From Nymphaea colorata (taxonomy: Eukaryota), in NCBI RefSeq assembly GCF_008831285.2, contig NC_045138.2, positions 2,976,001-3,040,000 on the forward strand: a DNA stretch of 64,000 bases, given 5' to 3'. Within the stretch, counting starts at the first letter, position 1; each line of letters begins with the position of its first letter. Below, one piece after another: positions 12,501 to 26,800 of this stretch. The notes beneath the pieces are model-generated. The model had not been told where the DNA came from. It did no database searches and was given only the letters and a program-made list of their open reading frames with translations. The position numbers were made by a program, and so were the translations under genes.

Positions 12501-14865
12501 GCTGGCCTATCACATATATTAAGTAACACGAGTACCAGATCTGTCATTAAATCATAAATTTAAGCAAAAAAGATACCTCTGCAATAACATCCTTGATGAG
12601 TTGCTCTGCCTTGTTGATATTTTCTGGAGTTCCTATTAATTCCACCGACCTTGTTGTTGAAGATGGGTCAGCATCAACATCCCTTGTTATCTGAATTTTG
12701 GCACCTGAATTATACTGCAGGTACCTGATTGTGTCCCCAGCTTTACCAATAAGAACTCCAACCTGTACCAGATGGTCCACCAAAGCGTCAGTCATAAAGA
12801 AATATAGAACTTCTCGATGCCAGTAATATTAATTTAAGAAATCAGGACAACTTCAACATAGAAATAACTAAGAATAAAAACAAACACACACCTTATTGTT
12901 AGGGACTTCAATTTTATGCGAAGTTTCTGTCTCAGACTGAGGTTGTTGATCCACATTAGGAGGAATAGTTTCTTGTGGAACACCTGGGGTAGGCTGCTGA
13001 GAGTTCTCCACTGCTGTATCCTCAGAATTCTCTGGAAGAACATCCTCAGACTTCTCAACTGTGTCACCTGCTTCAGCAGCTAAGGCAAAAAAAATCACAT
13101 GTCAATATGCAAGTTCTAACAGAAAACAAAAAACCATGCGAGTAGACAGACAACTTGTGGATGAAAGAAGTAAAGCACATGGTTCATGACAACAACAAAG
13201 AAAAATGTACTTAGGATAAAGAAGATAGTAAATTATTGATGTAGTTTACTGCAAAGACCATGCAGAAAAAAATAAAATGCAGCAGCCAAGATAAATCATT
13301 CAAATCTTGTTGTGGAAATGAAAAGCATTCCAGGAAAGCCCAAAGCTCGTGTTCCTGGAACACATGGTAGAAAAAATAATCCCCTAGTATACGACTCGTG
13401 TTACTGGAACACGTGGGAGAAAAAATAATCACCCAATATATGACTCATGTTACTGGAACACGTGGGGGAAAAAATAATCACCCCATATATGGCTTGCATC
13501 AACAAACAAACGACTCATAACAATCTTTTATTTGCTTACCAATAAAAACACAACTGCCAAAATGCTGACCCTTCTGAACCCTGGTACAAACATTACTATG
13601 TTGATGTGCTATAATGCAGTCACGTGCTAGTTTAGACCTGCTAAGGCTTCCTATGCTCAAATGTTTATTGTTTTAATGCTATTAGAATGTTTTTGTTCGG
13701 TTTCATTTTAGTGTTGCTAATACATGGTGTGAAATATGAATTACGCATACACTTTCTTGCTCTCTCTTTCATCTCGTTTCAAATTAATTTACCACAACGT
13801 ATTAAGTGATATCTTACATTTGTTGACTTATGCTTATTATGCATTGAATATAATTACATAAAATGCATATCTCCTTGTTTATAAAATAACATCTTCGCTA
13901 ATGCTTTTAATATTTAATCGTGAATTCCCCTTATTTTTGGCTTTTCATTTTGACTGCCTAGAGACGCCCCCGTGCTGATTAACCATGCATAATCCCCAAG
14001 ATATCCTGCCTAATGCGTTTGGCAGAAGGAAGCGTTCATGAGTTTGAAGTTTGAACTTTGAAGTACAATAGGAAAACAAAGAAACTAGGAAATGTAAAAC
14101 AATCCAAACTCAACGACCCGTTATCCGGTTCCAAGATATGGGAGTGAGTAATCAGAACAAGGCGCCTGTCAAACTATTATTCAGAAACAATATGCATGCA
14201 ACAAAGACTCGTACACATTTTCCCGTTTGGATGTTTTTGCATACGTCTCTCTCTTGCCACTGAACCACGATCGAAAAAAGTGTCGCAAATAAAATAAGAA
14301 CTCCTGCGTCTCAATAAACCACGATATAACTTGAATCGACCACAAAAAAAAAACACGTAATCGAAATCTGAAACGCATGACACGTCGAGAGGAAGCCATT
14401 GTATGGTGCAGAGGTAAGCAGCAATAAGATAAACGGACAAAGAACAAAAGACCCTTCATCTGAGTCACAAAAAATTCCGGTGACCAACGAGAAATAGGGA
14501 AAAACCCAATAAATGCCAGATTGTTTCAAGAAGATACCCTGGTGATCAGGTTCGTCCAAACGAGGACGTTTCGCCTCCGGAGCACCTTCAAGGCTTTCCT
14601 CGACATCGGGAGCCTCCTGAACGGCGTTCTCCTCCCCATCTTGTGCTTTCTCGTCGGGTTTCTCAAGTTCCTCGTCGGGTTTTTCCGGGTTCTCATCGGG
14701 TTTCTCCTGATCCTCTTGGAACTTTTCCTGATCTTCGTCAGGTTTTTCGCCATTTTCCTGACTCGGAAGCTCGATTGCCACCGGCTCCGCATCGAGCTCC
14801 TCGATCTTCCTCTTCTTGTCCGCGGCCACTGGGCTGACGGCGACCACCTCGCTATCCTCCGCCAT
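6538..14865 (-). CDS. KH-domain RNA-binding protein, far upstream element-binding protein (FUBP)-like
   Basis: Exons (minus) 14865-14538, 13079-12892, 12762-12577, 12472-12377, 12281-12210, 12112-11996, 7695-6538. Two KH domains with GxxG loops (KIEVPNNKVGVLIGKAGDTIRYLQ; IQVPNDKVGLIIGKGGETIKSLQ), an acidic N-terminus and a Q/G/Y/P-rich C-terminal exon. Confidence 0.9.
13346..13492. repeat. Three-copy 49-bp tandem repeat in KH gene intron 1
   Basis: Units begin 13346, 13395, 13444: CTCRTGTTMCTGGAACACRTGG..GAAAAAATAATC.. Confidence 0.9.
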
Positions 14866-15053
14866 TTTCCGCTCCCTGTGAGATTTTTGTCGTGGGTTTT
14901 CGCGGCAGAAAAAGAACCCAGAACCCTAGATCTCCAGATGGGTCTAGCGAGGATAGAACCAACGAGTGCCCTAGAAGACGAGGGCAGAGGGTTTTGTAGA
15001 AAGAGAGAGAGAAAAAAAAAAGAGAGATATAACCGCAATATGGCACTTGAACC

Positions 15054-15060
15054 CTTTATA
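15054..15060 (-). promoter_or_regulatory. Putative TATA box of KH gene
   Basis: TATAAAG on the minus strand about 190 nt upstream of the ATG, followed by a CT-rich leader. Confidence 0.45.
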
Positions 15061-16264
15061 GTAAGACGCCTAGGGCAAAACTAAGAACTGACGAAAAAGG
15101 GCCTTGACCGTTGGGGTTTGACCCGCGTGGCATCCTATCAACTGATCGGCTATTACGGCGCTTGGTGAATTGTTGAATTGTGTATGGAGAGGATTATATG
15201 TAAATGGTCATGTTACATCCTGATTCACGCATAAATCAAGCTCTCCCTTACGAACCAGAAAACGTTGCATGGACAGATATATAGAGTTGAGCTTGTTGCT
15301 TGTTTTTTCGTTATGTTTATAATTTCTTGTTTGAAAAATAAATAAATTATCAAAAATCGTTAAAAATATATATATATATTATGTTTGGGCCCTGACCACA
15401 ATGGTGTGATTAACATGCCTTTGCATTTAAAAATTCAACCCCTTGATGCCAAAAATTAAATAAAAAATAAATAAAATATGTAAAAATACATAAATACCTC
15501 TAACATAGAAAACTATTTGAGGAGTCAAACGCGCCTTTGCTGTGTCTCTACCGCTTTGAAGATCAATTCTTAAAAAAAAAATAAAATGATTGGCTAAGTA
15601 GCACGAGCACATGAATAAGCAAATGGTTATGAAATATTGATATGTAAATAAGTAATTTCTGTGAGTTTATGAAATCGTTTGGCAGCAGCAGTTTAATGAT
15701 TCCGTCTTTTGACCTTGTGAGCAAATTCACTGAACAGCATCGTACTGTTGTTATTTTCAAAACAGCTTTTAAAGAGTTGTTTGGAAAAAGTAACGGTACA
15801 GTTTCATTCGTGCATTTGCTATAAAAAGTGAAACAAATTTGTCTAACCTTTTTTGATGTGTCTAACAAATCTAACCAGTTTTTGGTCAAATGAATGAATG
15901 ACTATTATTGTTTCCAAACAATTTTTAATTGGCATTTGACAACAATAGCATATTTTTACTGTCTCGTAAATCTATCCACAAAATTAAATAAATTCACATA
16001 TGCTAACATATTGTTATTATTGTCATACACCTCTAAATGAACAGTTGTATGTACAAACCCATGCATACTTTTGCATACATATATATATATCGTTTTGGAA
16101 TTTTAAATGGTGAAGTTTTTCTCACAAATAACATATCGGAGTTTTAAATTGTGAGGCTTTTTTCGGGTATAATATGATGAGCTTGAAAAAAGAATAAAAA
16201 ATATGATAAAAAATTAAAAATGAATGAAAAATAAAATAAGTGAGAAACTAACATTGAACCACTT

Positions 16265-16667
16265 AAGACCGTTTGTATCCTAGTTGACAACTATCATTAA
16301 ATATTCAAGTGAACTTGTTATTCTAAAAAGATTCTAAACTCTGAGGCGGAGCCAAGGTATGACACGCTTGGGCCTTAGACACACCTTATTTAAAAAAAAA
16401 ACATTACATGTAAATTTTAAAACATTTCACTTGTTTTATATAAACATTTTGAAAAAATATATTTGGGCCCTAGTCAAAAATTTGAAACTTTAATTCGACC
16501 CATTTCATGAAAAGTTTCTAGCTCCTCCCTTATCTAAACTTATTTTGTCATTCAAACAAAAATTATGGTTCAAAATTTTGTCTTGTATTATAAACGTGTA
16601 AACTAGGTTTTCAAAATCAGGGATTTTCACAAAACCAAGTTTTTGAAAGTGTCATCTAAACACCCCC
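16265..16667. mobile_element. Tourist/PIF-Harbinger-like MITE interrupted by a hAT MITE
   Basis: Ends AGACCGTTTG ... TCTAAACACCCCC. The right end GTGTCATCTAAACAC is shared with the element at 59965-60222. Confidence 0.5.
16341..16532. mobile_element. hAT-type MITE (GGGGCGGAGC TIR family)
   Basis: Ends CTGAGGCGGAGCC ... AGCTCCTCCCTTA. Perfect 8-bp TSD TCTAAACT (16333-16340, 16533-16540). Homologous to copies at 54753 and 62264. Confidence 0.8.
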
Positions 16668-17852
16668 TACTTATCTTTTTAGGAAACAAAGTGTAAATAA
16701 AGTCGATGGTGTGAATACTAGTCTTCCATATGTAGAGCTAGGCATCGAGTTGGCTCAATCAGATCCATAATCACTTGGGCCACACAACCATCAAAGCCCA
16801 AGCCTAGCCCCAGCCTGGCCATGGCCTAGCTTGACTTGGCCAGACTATAATACAAATGTATTTTATGAAGTATATATTTATATTTAAAGTAAAATTAAAA
16901 GGTACATATATATATTTATGTATAAACTAATCAAATCTGGTTGTAATAAAAATTAAAACACGCATAAATAGAGTAAGTTAAAATTACAAAAGACATGCTT
17001 AAGGATATTTTTTTCTCATTCTACGTAATATAAATGTCGAAAACGATATTGCACATTCAAATCATAACTTACAAAATCAGGCTTAATAGGAATAATTTTT
17101 CTTTAAGTTTCCTAAGAATTAAACTAAAATTTTGTGTTTTTTCATTAAACTTGGTTACACATCTTGATTACCATGCTAATCTTTTTACTTATTTCTTCAA
17201 GTAGCAGGCACAGGGTCATGGCTCGCCATTGCCTGCGCTGTTGGATCCCGTGCAAAAATAGTCGATCGCGGGCACTCAAAGGCAACGTTTCAAAGAGAGA
17301 TGGAACACGCATAGAACAAGCCCTTGACTAACGTCTGTTTGGAAGTTCCGTTGCTTACGTGGCGAAAATATGTTAATGGTCTTTCTTTTGAAATACATTT
17401 ATTCGTTTTCTTTTTCACCAGCTTCTACTCGACAGAAAGAAAGCATTCATCTTGTAAGAAAATGGTGCTAACGGAAAAATCAAGGCTACCAATCATAACT
17501 TTGATGCGAATGCGAAGCTGGTCTACTGGAGATGATTCTAAAACGTGGAGAGCATCAAGGGGATGGACTTTTTATTTGCGTGCAATTATGAATACGCTGT
17601 GATTTCCCGAAAAGAAACTACCAGCCGTCCGAGAGGAAAGACGATCTGGTTGTTCGCGCTCGCCACCCGCCATTCCACGCTTCGTCTTCTTCCTTCTCCG
17701 CGGAGGAAGGCGGTGGTACTCTGCTGGTTGCCTTCTTCCACGCGCCTATAATCTCTCTTTCTTCATACGCTAGGGTGTCGCGATTGGATCGTCTTCTCGC
17801 TCCTTCATTGAATCGACGAAGGGTCCGGTCGTGGATCGCGGCTGAATTCGCC

Positions 17853-20800
17853 ATGGGCGACCCTGAGTCGAGCTCTAGGGCTCCTCCTCCCCAGGAAGGC
17901 GGCGAATGCTCCGATGCAGGTGGAAGATACGGAGTTAACGGCGCCGCCGAGCAGTTTCCGGAGGCAGCGTCGCCGGACTCGTTGAAGAACACGCCGTCGA
18001 ACATCGCGAAGCTCGAGGATATTATCGAGCAGAGCGAGGGGAGGCAGAAGTATCTCGCTCGGACGAAGAGCCCGTCCGACGGTGAGGATGTTCGGTGGTA
18101 CTTCTGCAAGGTGCCTCTTGCCGAGAACGGTTGGTATCTGAGTTCGACGCACTGGCGGAGCTATTTATTTTATTTTATCTGCCGTACATATTTGATGTTT
18201 ACAGAAAAATGAAATTGTTGTTCGATTATCGTTTTCTTTGCCATTCGTCCTCTTTCCTAACGGGCTTATTTACCTGGGCTGCTTAATTGTGCTTCTTTGA
18301 CTATAAACAGTTGCTAATGATAACGTTTTCCTTAGAAGATCCAACCTGAGACTTTCGCATAGATTTCACGTAAAGTCATGACCAACAAAAAGTTCGAAGA
18401 GTCTTCTTACAGATAAGACCTTTCTTAAGGTTTAATCGCTTCTCTACTCTCGTTCTCTTTCTTTCTTTCTCTCTCACTCTGAAGCTCGAAAGCCAATTGC
18501 ACACGAGCTTTTGATGAACGGGCTGCTTGGTTTGTTTGCAAGCCCAATTCCAGAATAAGGACTTCGCGAGCACTAATCGAGAGCGAGAACATGCTTTGAT
18601 GACACGAGTGAGCGTACTTTGAGAAAGAGCAGAGAAAACTCAAAACAAGTCTGGTGCAAAACTCAATGTATTCCAAAGATATTCAATTCAGATATGTGGA
18701 AGCCTAAAGATGATTAAACAGTTGGCTATTCACTTTTTCCTTTTTTGTATAATTCAGCTGTTATAACTGAATACCTGTCAAAATTGTAATCCCAACACCT
18801 TGTCAATGGCACATCACTAAGTTGGCATAGATACAATTGGTTATTGCATGCTTAGACATTATGAAAGGTTTTATAGGGCCTTGATCTTTATGGCTAGTCG
18901 TCCTTACTGGATGTAGTTCTCCATGTGCGTCTTGTTATTGGCCAACAATCAGCTTTATTTTTTATATATATTTTTTTATTTTTTTTTTCCTGACTTTTAC
19001 TCGGGTATGAGCTGACACTTCATGGTCAAGGGTCAAGGTTGAACTGAGAATTTATTGAACTTATCAATAGATTGTTTGGCACTTTGGTTTCGTGATATCC
19101 ACAGAACTGCTAATGTCTACCTGACGCCCTGTTGAGGTGTTCTGTTATTCAATCTACCAAAAAGGTGGTATGTTACATCATCACCATTACCATTATCATC
19201 ATTTTCAACTTTAGTTGTTTTAGTCCTTGATATGTGTTGCTTCTTCCACCTCTTCTCTTTCGGATTTATGTGGTACCAATAGTAGTTATGGAGTGTGATT
19301 GGCAAGATGTTTGTCATGTCTTGGTCTCCCTCTTGCTTCCGTTTCCTTTCCTGTTCTACATTTTATCATTTTGCAAATTTATGGAGAATTTTTTTCTGTG
19401 TTTCTTTGCCTTCTCCAAGAGTCACTGCAAAGATTGGCTTGATCGTGACTTATTGGATTGGTATATTTATGCTGTTGACAATTGACTTATCCATCATATC
19501 GGTTAAGCTTTTTTCAGGATTTTGATACTCTTTTCTTTTCAAATTCATCGTGATAGTGAGGATCATTGACATCATGAACTTTTAGAATTATATAGATAGG
19601 TCATTCAGTGAATCATGTTTTTGTTTATAAATATTAATATCACACATTGGTGACACTTGGATAAACCATGTTTTTCCACAGAACTTGCAGCTTCAGTACC
19701 TCAGACGGAAATAGTAGGGAAAAGCGAATATTTTCGATTCAGTATGAGGGATTCTCTTGCACTAGAGGCGTCCTTCTTGCAGGTTATCTGAGTTTCCTAT
19801 TTCTTTTGGAAGGTTGAAGCAGAGTTTATGGTCGAGCTTTAGTCACATCTCAATACTTAGCATGTCATTGATGCTGGTCAAATTGATAGTTTTCATTTTT
19901 GCACATAATCTTCTCTTAATATTAATTTGTCTCACTTGGATATTTGATCTCATGACATCCATTCAATTATTCATTTATTTTTGGTGTTTCTGGCAGCTCT
20001 TTAACTTGAAGATAACAACTGTTTATGAAGGTGGTTCACTCTGCAATCGGCAGTATACATGCTTATCATATCTTATTTGATGCTTCTTGAAAGATTTATA
20101 GTAACAGCATGTTGATATGTAGCAAACAACTGTACATTTCTAGCAGTCATATGCTAGTAATCACTAATTCAACATGCCATGATCAAGCCCTTGAAGTCAT
20201 CTTGATCTTAGTGTTTCACCTATTCAGTTCATTATATCCATCATTTTGTCATTGAAGAGTGATCCTTGGTTCGTGGGGGTGTGTATTTATGGGTGACTTT
20301 TGCCCTCATGTTCCTTTTTGAGTCAAACAAGGAAAGAAAGTGAAAACAATACAATAAAACAACAGTATGTGACAACTGATTAAAGATGTGAACTAAGAAA
20401 AGCTGGGTCCTTTATTTTCATCAAGTTTGGCATGTTGTGGAATGGACACCTACGTGTATAATTACTCTGAAATCCATGTCTATGTGTGTATATAAATTTT
20501 CTAAAATGCCATTTTGCAATTGGGCGATACCCATGTAGTTCTTTTGTTCTTCTTCATACTTTGTCTGCAGCGAGAAGAAGATTTGTTGGCTGCCTGGTGG
20601 AAAGAGTATGCAGAATGCAGTGAAGGCCCAGCTGGTTCTTTTGTTTCTTCCAGTAAAGGCTCGACTTCTCAATCAAAACCTAGCCCAGGAGGTGTAGAGA
20701 CATCCATAATTTTGGCAGAAGAGGAAGAAAGAGTTGGAGTTCCTGTAAAGGGTGGACTTTATGAGGTACAGTTAGATAGTAGACGTGATATTTGTTTGAT

Positions 20801-23800
20801 CCTATATAGTTTGGGTTGCTGATGGTCAATGCTTACAAGAACTAGATTTATAGAAACAGATTCTCTGTCTTAACATATTGTATCATATCTTTATGTGAAA
20901 TTGAACATATTTCTAATTTAACAAAGTTGATAGATGTTCATTTTCTTAAAGTGGGTTTTCTGTTAGTAAGGGTTATCACCCTCTGTTTACATAAATTCTT
21001 TTGGCATTATGGTCCTGTATGCAGTGAGTTATATCTCATTTCTTAGGAACTGAATCTTAAACATTCTTTTTGTCGTTAATCTATTTTAGAGTTTAAACAA
21101 ACATAATTCAAATTACAGGAACATTGGCTGACCTAAATGATACCTATAAGGATGACTATTTTTACTGATTTGATTGCATTAAGAAAGTGGTAACCATTAC
21201 TAATTTTTATCAGTTATTGGGGCACATGTCTTGGCTATATGCTTATCAACACATTTTTTTTGTTGTGCATTTAGTGCATGGACTATATACTTGTTTTAGA
21301 ATTTAGGCCATAAAGTGCTTTCCACAAATTATGGAGCTGTTTGCAGGTGAAGCATTCTATGCATCTCCATATTTTAGTTTATCACTAGCATTCTATGCAT
21401 TCCCTCTATTTTAGTTTATCATTGGTTCCAATTAAGGTCTATGCAGGTTGATCTGGTAAAACGACATTGCTTTCCGGTTTATTGGAATGGTGAAAATCGC
21501 CGTGTCTTAAGAGGTCATTGGTTTGCTCGTAAAGCAGGCCTGGAATGGCTTCCCCTGCGTGAAAATGTTGCTGAACAACTAGAGCTGGCATACCGATGCC
21601 AGGTACTTCCTGAATTTAGTTCCGCCTCCTTTTGTGTTTTCAATTTGCGTCTTTAATAGGGTAGACATTGTGAATGATCTGTCAAACGTTTGAAGGCTCA
21701 TGTCTGGTAGGGACCTTTTGTCGACTGCTTGCTTCCAGCATGACATGAATAAACATGTTAATGTATTAAAAGGAGGATTTTTGTTGTTAGAAGAAAAAGC
21801 ATGAAGATGACATGGAAGAAGTCCTGACTTATATTTGTGGATGGCATCGTGAGATTCTATAGTTGTTCTGCACTTTTTGCTATTTTGAGTTGCTGTTTGG
21901 GGTTTGAATTAATGAATTTCTGTAGGGGATTAATATGTTGCTTATGTTTCCATAATTTTCTGAAGATATCGTTTATGGTTTTTCAAACTTTTCAAAGGTA
22001 GATGATTCAGTGTCTTTAAAATCCTATTTACACCATTTGCAAGCTTTTGCTTGTTTTCCAGATTTTTGGCTTTTTTTTGCTTGGTGTGCGAACCTTGTTT
22101 ACTCTGACACTAGACTGTGATCATTTGCATGTTTTACAGTTTCTTTTTCCTGATTTTGATTTTCAAGGCCCTGCTTGTAAAGGCAAAAGTTTTCTTCTAT
22201 TTCCTATTTCTTTTGCCTATTTTAAGAGAAAGTTTTTCCCTCCTGAAGGAAAGAAAAAAAAATTGTCTAAACCTAGAAGCTCCTCCTCTCAAAAAATGAC
22301 CCCGCTCACTGTCTCTTTCTTTTTCTTACCCTCTGTCTCTTTTTTTCACCCATTTGTTGCGTTTGATGTTTGTAATATCCATTTTTCTTTTTTAACTGTT
22401 ACTTGGCAGTTGTAAGCAGGCAAGTATGTGTTTGGGCTTTTGTATCTCTCATCATACTGTTTCCAAATAGGAATCTGATTTCTTTATGTAATAGGTGATC
22501 AACACCAGCCAATTGACAGCCTAAATGTCTTTCCTTTTTGTTAGAAACTCAAAATGATGATGAATGCATCTCTCTTTGCAAGTGATGGAGCAGATGGAAC
22601 AAAATATAATCCTGGATCATTCTTGATTTGAACTGCCCATCCCTAACTATGTCACTCACAGGAAAATATCATAAACTCAACCCTGATATTATATTCTTAT
22701 TTGAACTATAAGTATTTTTCTAGGAAAAAGTGCATTGGTGAACAAAGTTTTTATTACTTGACCTCTGTTTTGGAATGCTGGTAAACAATTTGGCCAAACT
22801 GGTAGAATGGATTCAAGCTTTGCTGATCATTATCAGGAGCTGAAGCCAGCTTCACTGATCACAAAAGCTTCATCTGATAACGAATCAAGCTAAACTGGCT
22901 ATGTAAAGTGCAAATGCTTTCTTTACAAAGCATACACATCATTTTAAAGCTATAAGTACCACAGAGACTCTAACTTATATAAGAAATACAATGTCCATAG
23001 GTCGTTGATGCTTTTGATGCAAGATATTATTATGCATAGTAGAAGTTGGATAGAGGTTTGATATTGATTTTAAAATTAAGTTTAAATTATAAATTTGATC
23101 TATATTTTAATAAAGAAGACAAAATTTTCCTTGGAGCAATCAGGCATGGAAAATATTTCTGCTTCTTCTTTTCCCTATCAGCCAAAAATAGCAAGACTTT
23201 TGCTAGATAAATAATTTTCCTGGAAAAAGTTTTTCCATGCAAAAATCAAACTGCTTTTGAAGGGAAAAGGGAACGGGGCAAAAGTGACATTTGAAAGGAG
23301 AAATTGGTTTTATGTAAATTTATGAAGCTGCAAGCCTGTTGTGCAAAATTATTGATGCCTGTTATGTGTGAATTTGTTGTTCAACGCAGCTGTGATTTTG
23401 GCAGCAATTTGACAGTTGTTTGTTCTTGCATTTTTCTTTGACTTTTCTACATTCACAATTAGGATCTTTTATTTTCTCTTAACTGGAAAAAATGAATCTG
23501 CCATGTCCTTGTTGCATGGTCATCACTGTTTTAGAAGCATGACACTCTTTCCTACACTGCATGTACGTGTCCACACATATCTGTGTGTATTGTTAACCGC
23601 CCGGAACCTTGAATTGAGATGTTCTTGCACAGTCAAGCATTAGACACACACACACACACATATGTATATATATATAGGGAGGGAGATAGAGAGAGAGAGC
23701 ACATGCCATTCCTTGATAATTTTAATTGATCAGGATTGTTGGGCTGTCCATTCTTGCTTTTATTTTAAACTTTGAGCGCTCACTTGCTTTTTCTGTAGGT

Positions 23801-26800
23801 ATGGCATCGCAGGAGCTTTCAACCATCAGGCTTGTTTGCTGCTCGTGTTGATCTACAGGGCAGTACACAGGTATATTTATTACTTCAAAAAAAAAAAAAA
23901 AATCTGTGAATGGTTAATGCTCTGTCTAAAAGTTGATGGACGTTTGCAGGGTCTTCATGCTCTCTTCACTGGTGAGGATGATACTTGGGAAGCATGGTTG
24001 GCATCTGATGGCACTAGTTTTTCTAATGTTATTAGTCTAAAAGGTCATGGTATTAGACTAAGAAGAGGATATGCTTCATCAGAATCATCAAGACCAAGCC
24101 AGGTTCGCTTATTGAAGTACCTTGTCACATTACCTGAAACAAGATTCATGGATTTCATTGCAGCCTGACAAGTCTTATGTATTTATATTCAATATAGAAA
24201 ATAAAAATATCCCTGCTGTGATGATTATTGTATTGATCCAGTATTCAGTTTCTTATTTCAATATGGGTAGCAAAACGTTATGCACTTATTACTACCTCCT
24301 AAGCTGCTATAAGCAATTAAATAAACTGTGTATGTGAAAAATTTTTGATAACTTATTTTTAATGAAAAAATAATTCTGTCCATTGTTGTTTGATTTTTCA
24401 TTGGAGACTATACATGATCAAACATTATGTATAATCTTCTGGAATTTTAATGTAATCATGATTTTTTCCTTTAACTATGATAATTCTTGTGCATTCCAAG
24501 CTTGTGGGAATTACTTTATGACTATGTTCAAGAGCGTCCAAAATGTTAATCGAAGTTGCAGCTGTTTGATTTGGTGATTGTCTTGGGTATCAACCTGTTT
24601 ATTCCTGTCAGTTGTCTCTTTCATCATCATAGTGTTGATAATTAAACTTCTTATCAAGCCTTATCACATGTCATCCTTGTTTTTGTTTTAATTAAATAAC
24701 TTATTTATAGGATGAACTGCGCCAACAGAAGGAGGAGCTGATGGATGATTATTGTGCGCAGGTTTGTTCTGTCATTACCCTTCCCAAATTGCATAAAATA
24801 TTGCTTACATAAAGAAATTTCAATTCTTTTGGTGAAAGGCCAATGTCTGTCTAATGTGCAAATGAGTCTGCCAACGGCTTTTGAGCTTGTTGGGGGTTGG
24901 TTGGTTGACGCTGCATGGACATTTAGATATGCAAAACCTCTTTATTCCTTTTCATGTAAAATTGGTCTGGCATGGGGAACAGGCATATGTCTTGGTGTCT
25001 GGAGAAGGTGGTCATTCATAGAGCAAGATAAGGAAGAACCTAACAAGATGAAATTCCTGATCCCACTATTCTAGTTATACCTGTTCTCATGCTCATAATT
25101 TACATAATGAGGATGTGTCTCTTCTGTGAATGTCTGGAGTGAACAAAAGGGAGTTTGATTCTCTTGATCACAATTCTCCAAATATTTAAAGTGACTATTG
25201 GATTTCATGGCAACTGGTTGCTAGTGGCTAATGTCCTTCTTGTGGGAGAGATGGAGGTTGTTTTTTTCCTTCAGATTACTATGGCTAATGCTCCCTTGTC
25301 TTGTTAGTTGTTACTAACATGTTAGATTTACAAGGAACATTGGGGAATAAGAAACAGTCAGATGTTTTATTCTTATAGAATAAAATATTGGTTGAGCTTG
25401 TGGCAAATTTATGGGTGACTTTTCGCATGATCACTTGAGCTTTTCATGACAGTTAGTGGTAATAATCAAAAGGTCTAAACTTACAGTGGCTTTCCTATTT
25501 TTTTTTTCTTGTTAAGGTGCTTTTGTTAAAACTTCAATGTGCTTAGTACTTTATTTATCAGTTGGTTGTCTTCTTGGCTCTTGCCCTTGCCGTGTTTGTT
25601 TTGTATCCTAATGATAACTTGTGATGCCAGATGGTGTGATTCATCTACCAGAAACAAGAAATTTAAATGTACACTCTAGATGCTCAGGGGAACCCAATCA
25701 TTACTTCCAAGAACATGATAACACTGTTTCCTCCTTCGCTCTCTACATTGAATGCCAAAGAAAACATATTGAGTAAAGAGAGAGTCAAAGTAGTCAACAT
25801 TTGTAATGATTATAGAAGTCAATTCTAGTTATACTTCAGGATGGGACGTATTAATGTCAATATAATTAAATATATTTCTTAAGAACATCAGCTGGACATA
25901 TTCTATTTGATATTGTTTCGTCACCTTTTTTAGTCATGGGACATGTTAAAAAAATTAACTTGAAGTTGGACCTTTTCATTATGTAGGTTCCTGTCGGGCA
26001 TTTAGTTTTCATGGTTCATGGAATTGGTCAACGATTGGAGAAAGCTAACTTGGTGGATGATGTTGCTACTTTTCGTCATATCACAGCTAGCCTTGCTGAG
26101 CGTCATATCTCTTCCTATCAGCGTAGCACCCAAAGGGTTCTCTTTATTCCTTGTCAGGTAATGAGAACGTGTTACATAGTTTAAGCATTTAGTTTTTTTT
26201 TTTGTTTTTAAGAGTTATTTCTTGGAAAGATTTGGAACTAAACTTCACAAAAGAAAAGTATGAAACTAGGTTGAACTTGAAAAGTGTAGTACAGTTTCTT
26301 TCTTTAAACGTGAAAAATATCCATTTTACGTCATTCAAATGTTTCAAACATGTCAGACATTGAGTTCTTATGTTAGTTGTCAAGACATGCAGTGAATGTG
26401 GTTGACCAGGTTCAGGAAATTATCAGAGTGAAACCAGTGATATTGAAATCGATTTGAAGTGGTTGATGTTAAGTTGAATTGATAGAAAAACAATGCACTT
26501 GGTAAATCTGATTCAGTTGCTATTATCTAATTATTGTTAACTGTATTTACTTATTGTTATTAGTTTAAAAATTATTAATTATTCTTTTTGCAAATGATTA
26601 AACCTTATAAATCACTATTTTGGTTTCATAATATTTTAAGAAAGGTTTTGAATTTTGATTTTTTTTTTCTTTTAATCTTTTTTGGATCTTAAAACAATTC
26701 GAACATTTAATTTTTCTGATTAAAAGTGGTTTCAATTGGATATAACATTAGCTGATTTTTATTCTTTTGGAAAATGATTTGATCCAGAAACTCATTTCAA

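Noticed and set aside
14521..15084. 187-aa hydrophobic plus-strand ORF and 170-aa minus-strand alternative ORF
   Set aside because: Antisense and frame shadows of the E/K/D-rich KH exon 1.
18390..18680. CpG-containing island in SGR2 intron 1 with short inverted matches
   Set aside because: Could not define termini, a stable hairpin or a coding signal by eye.
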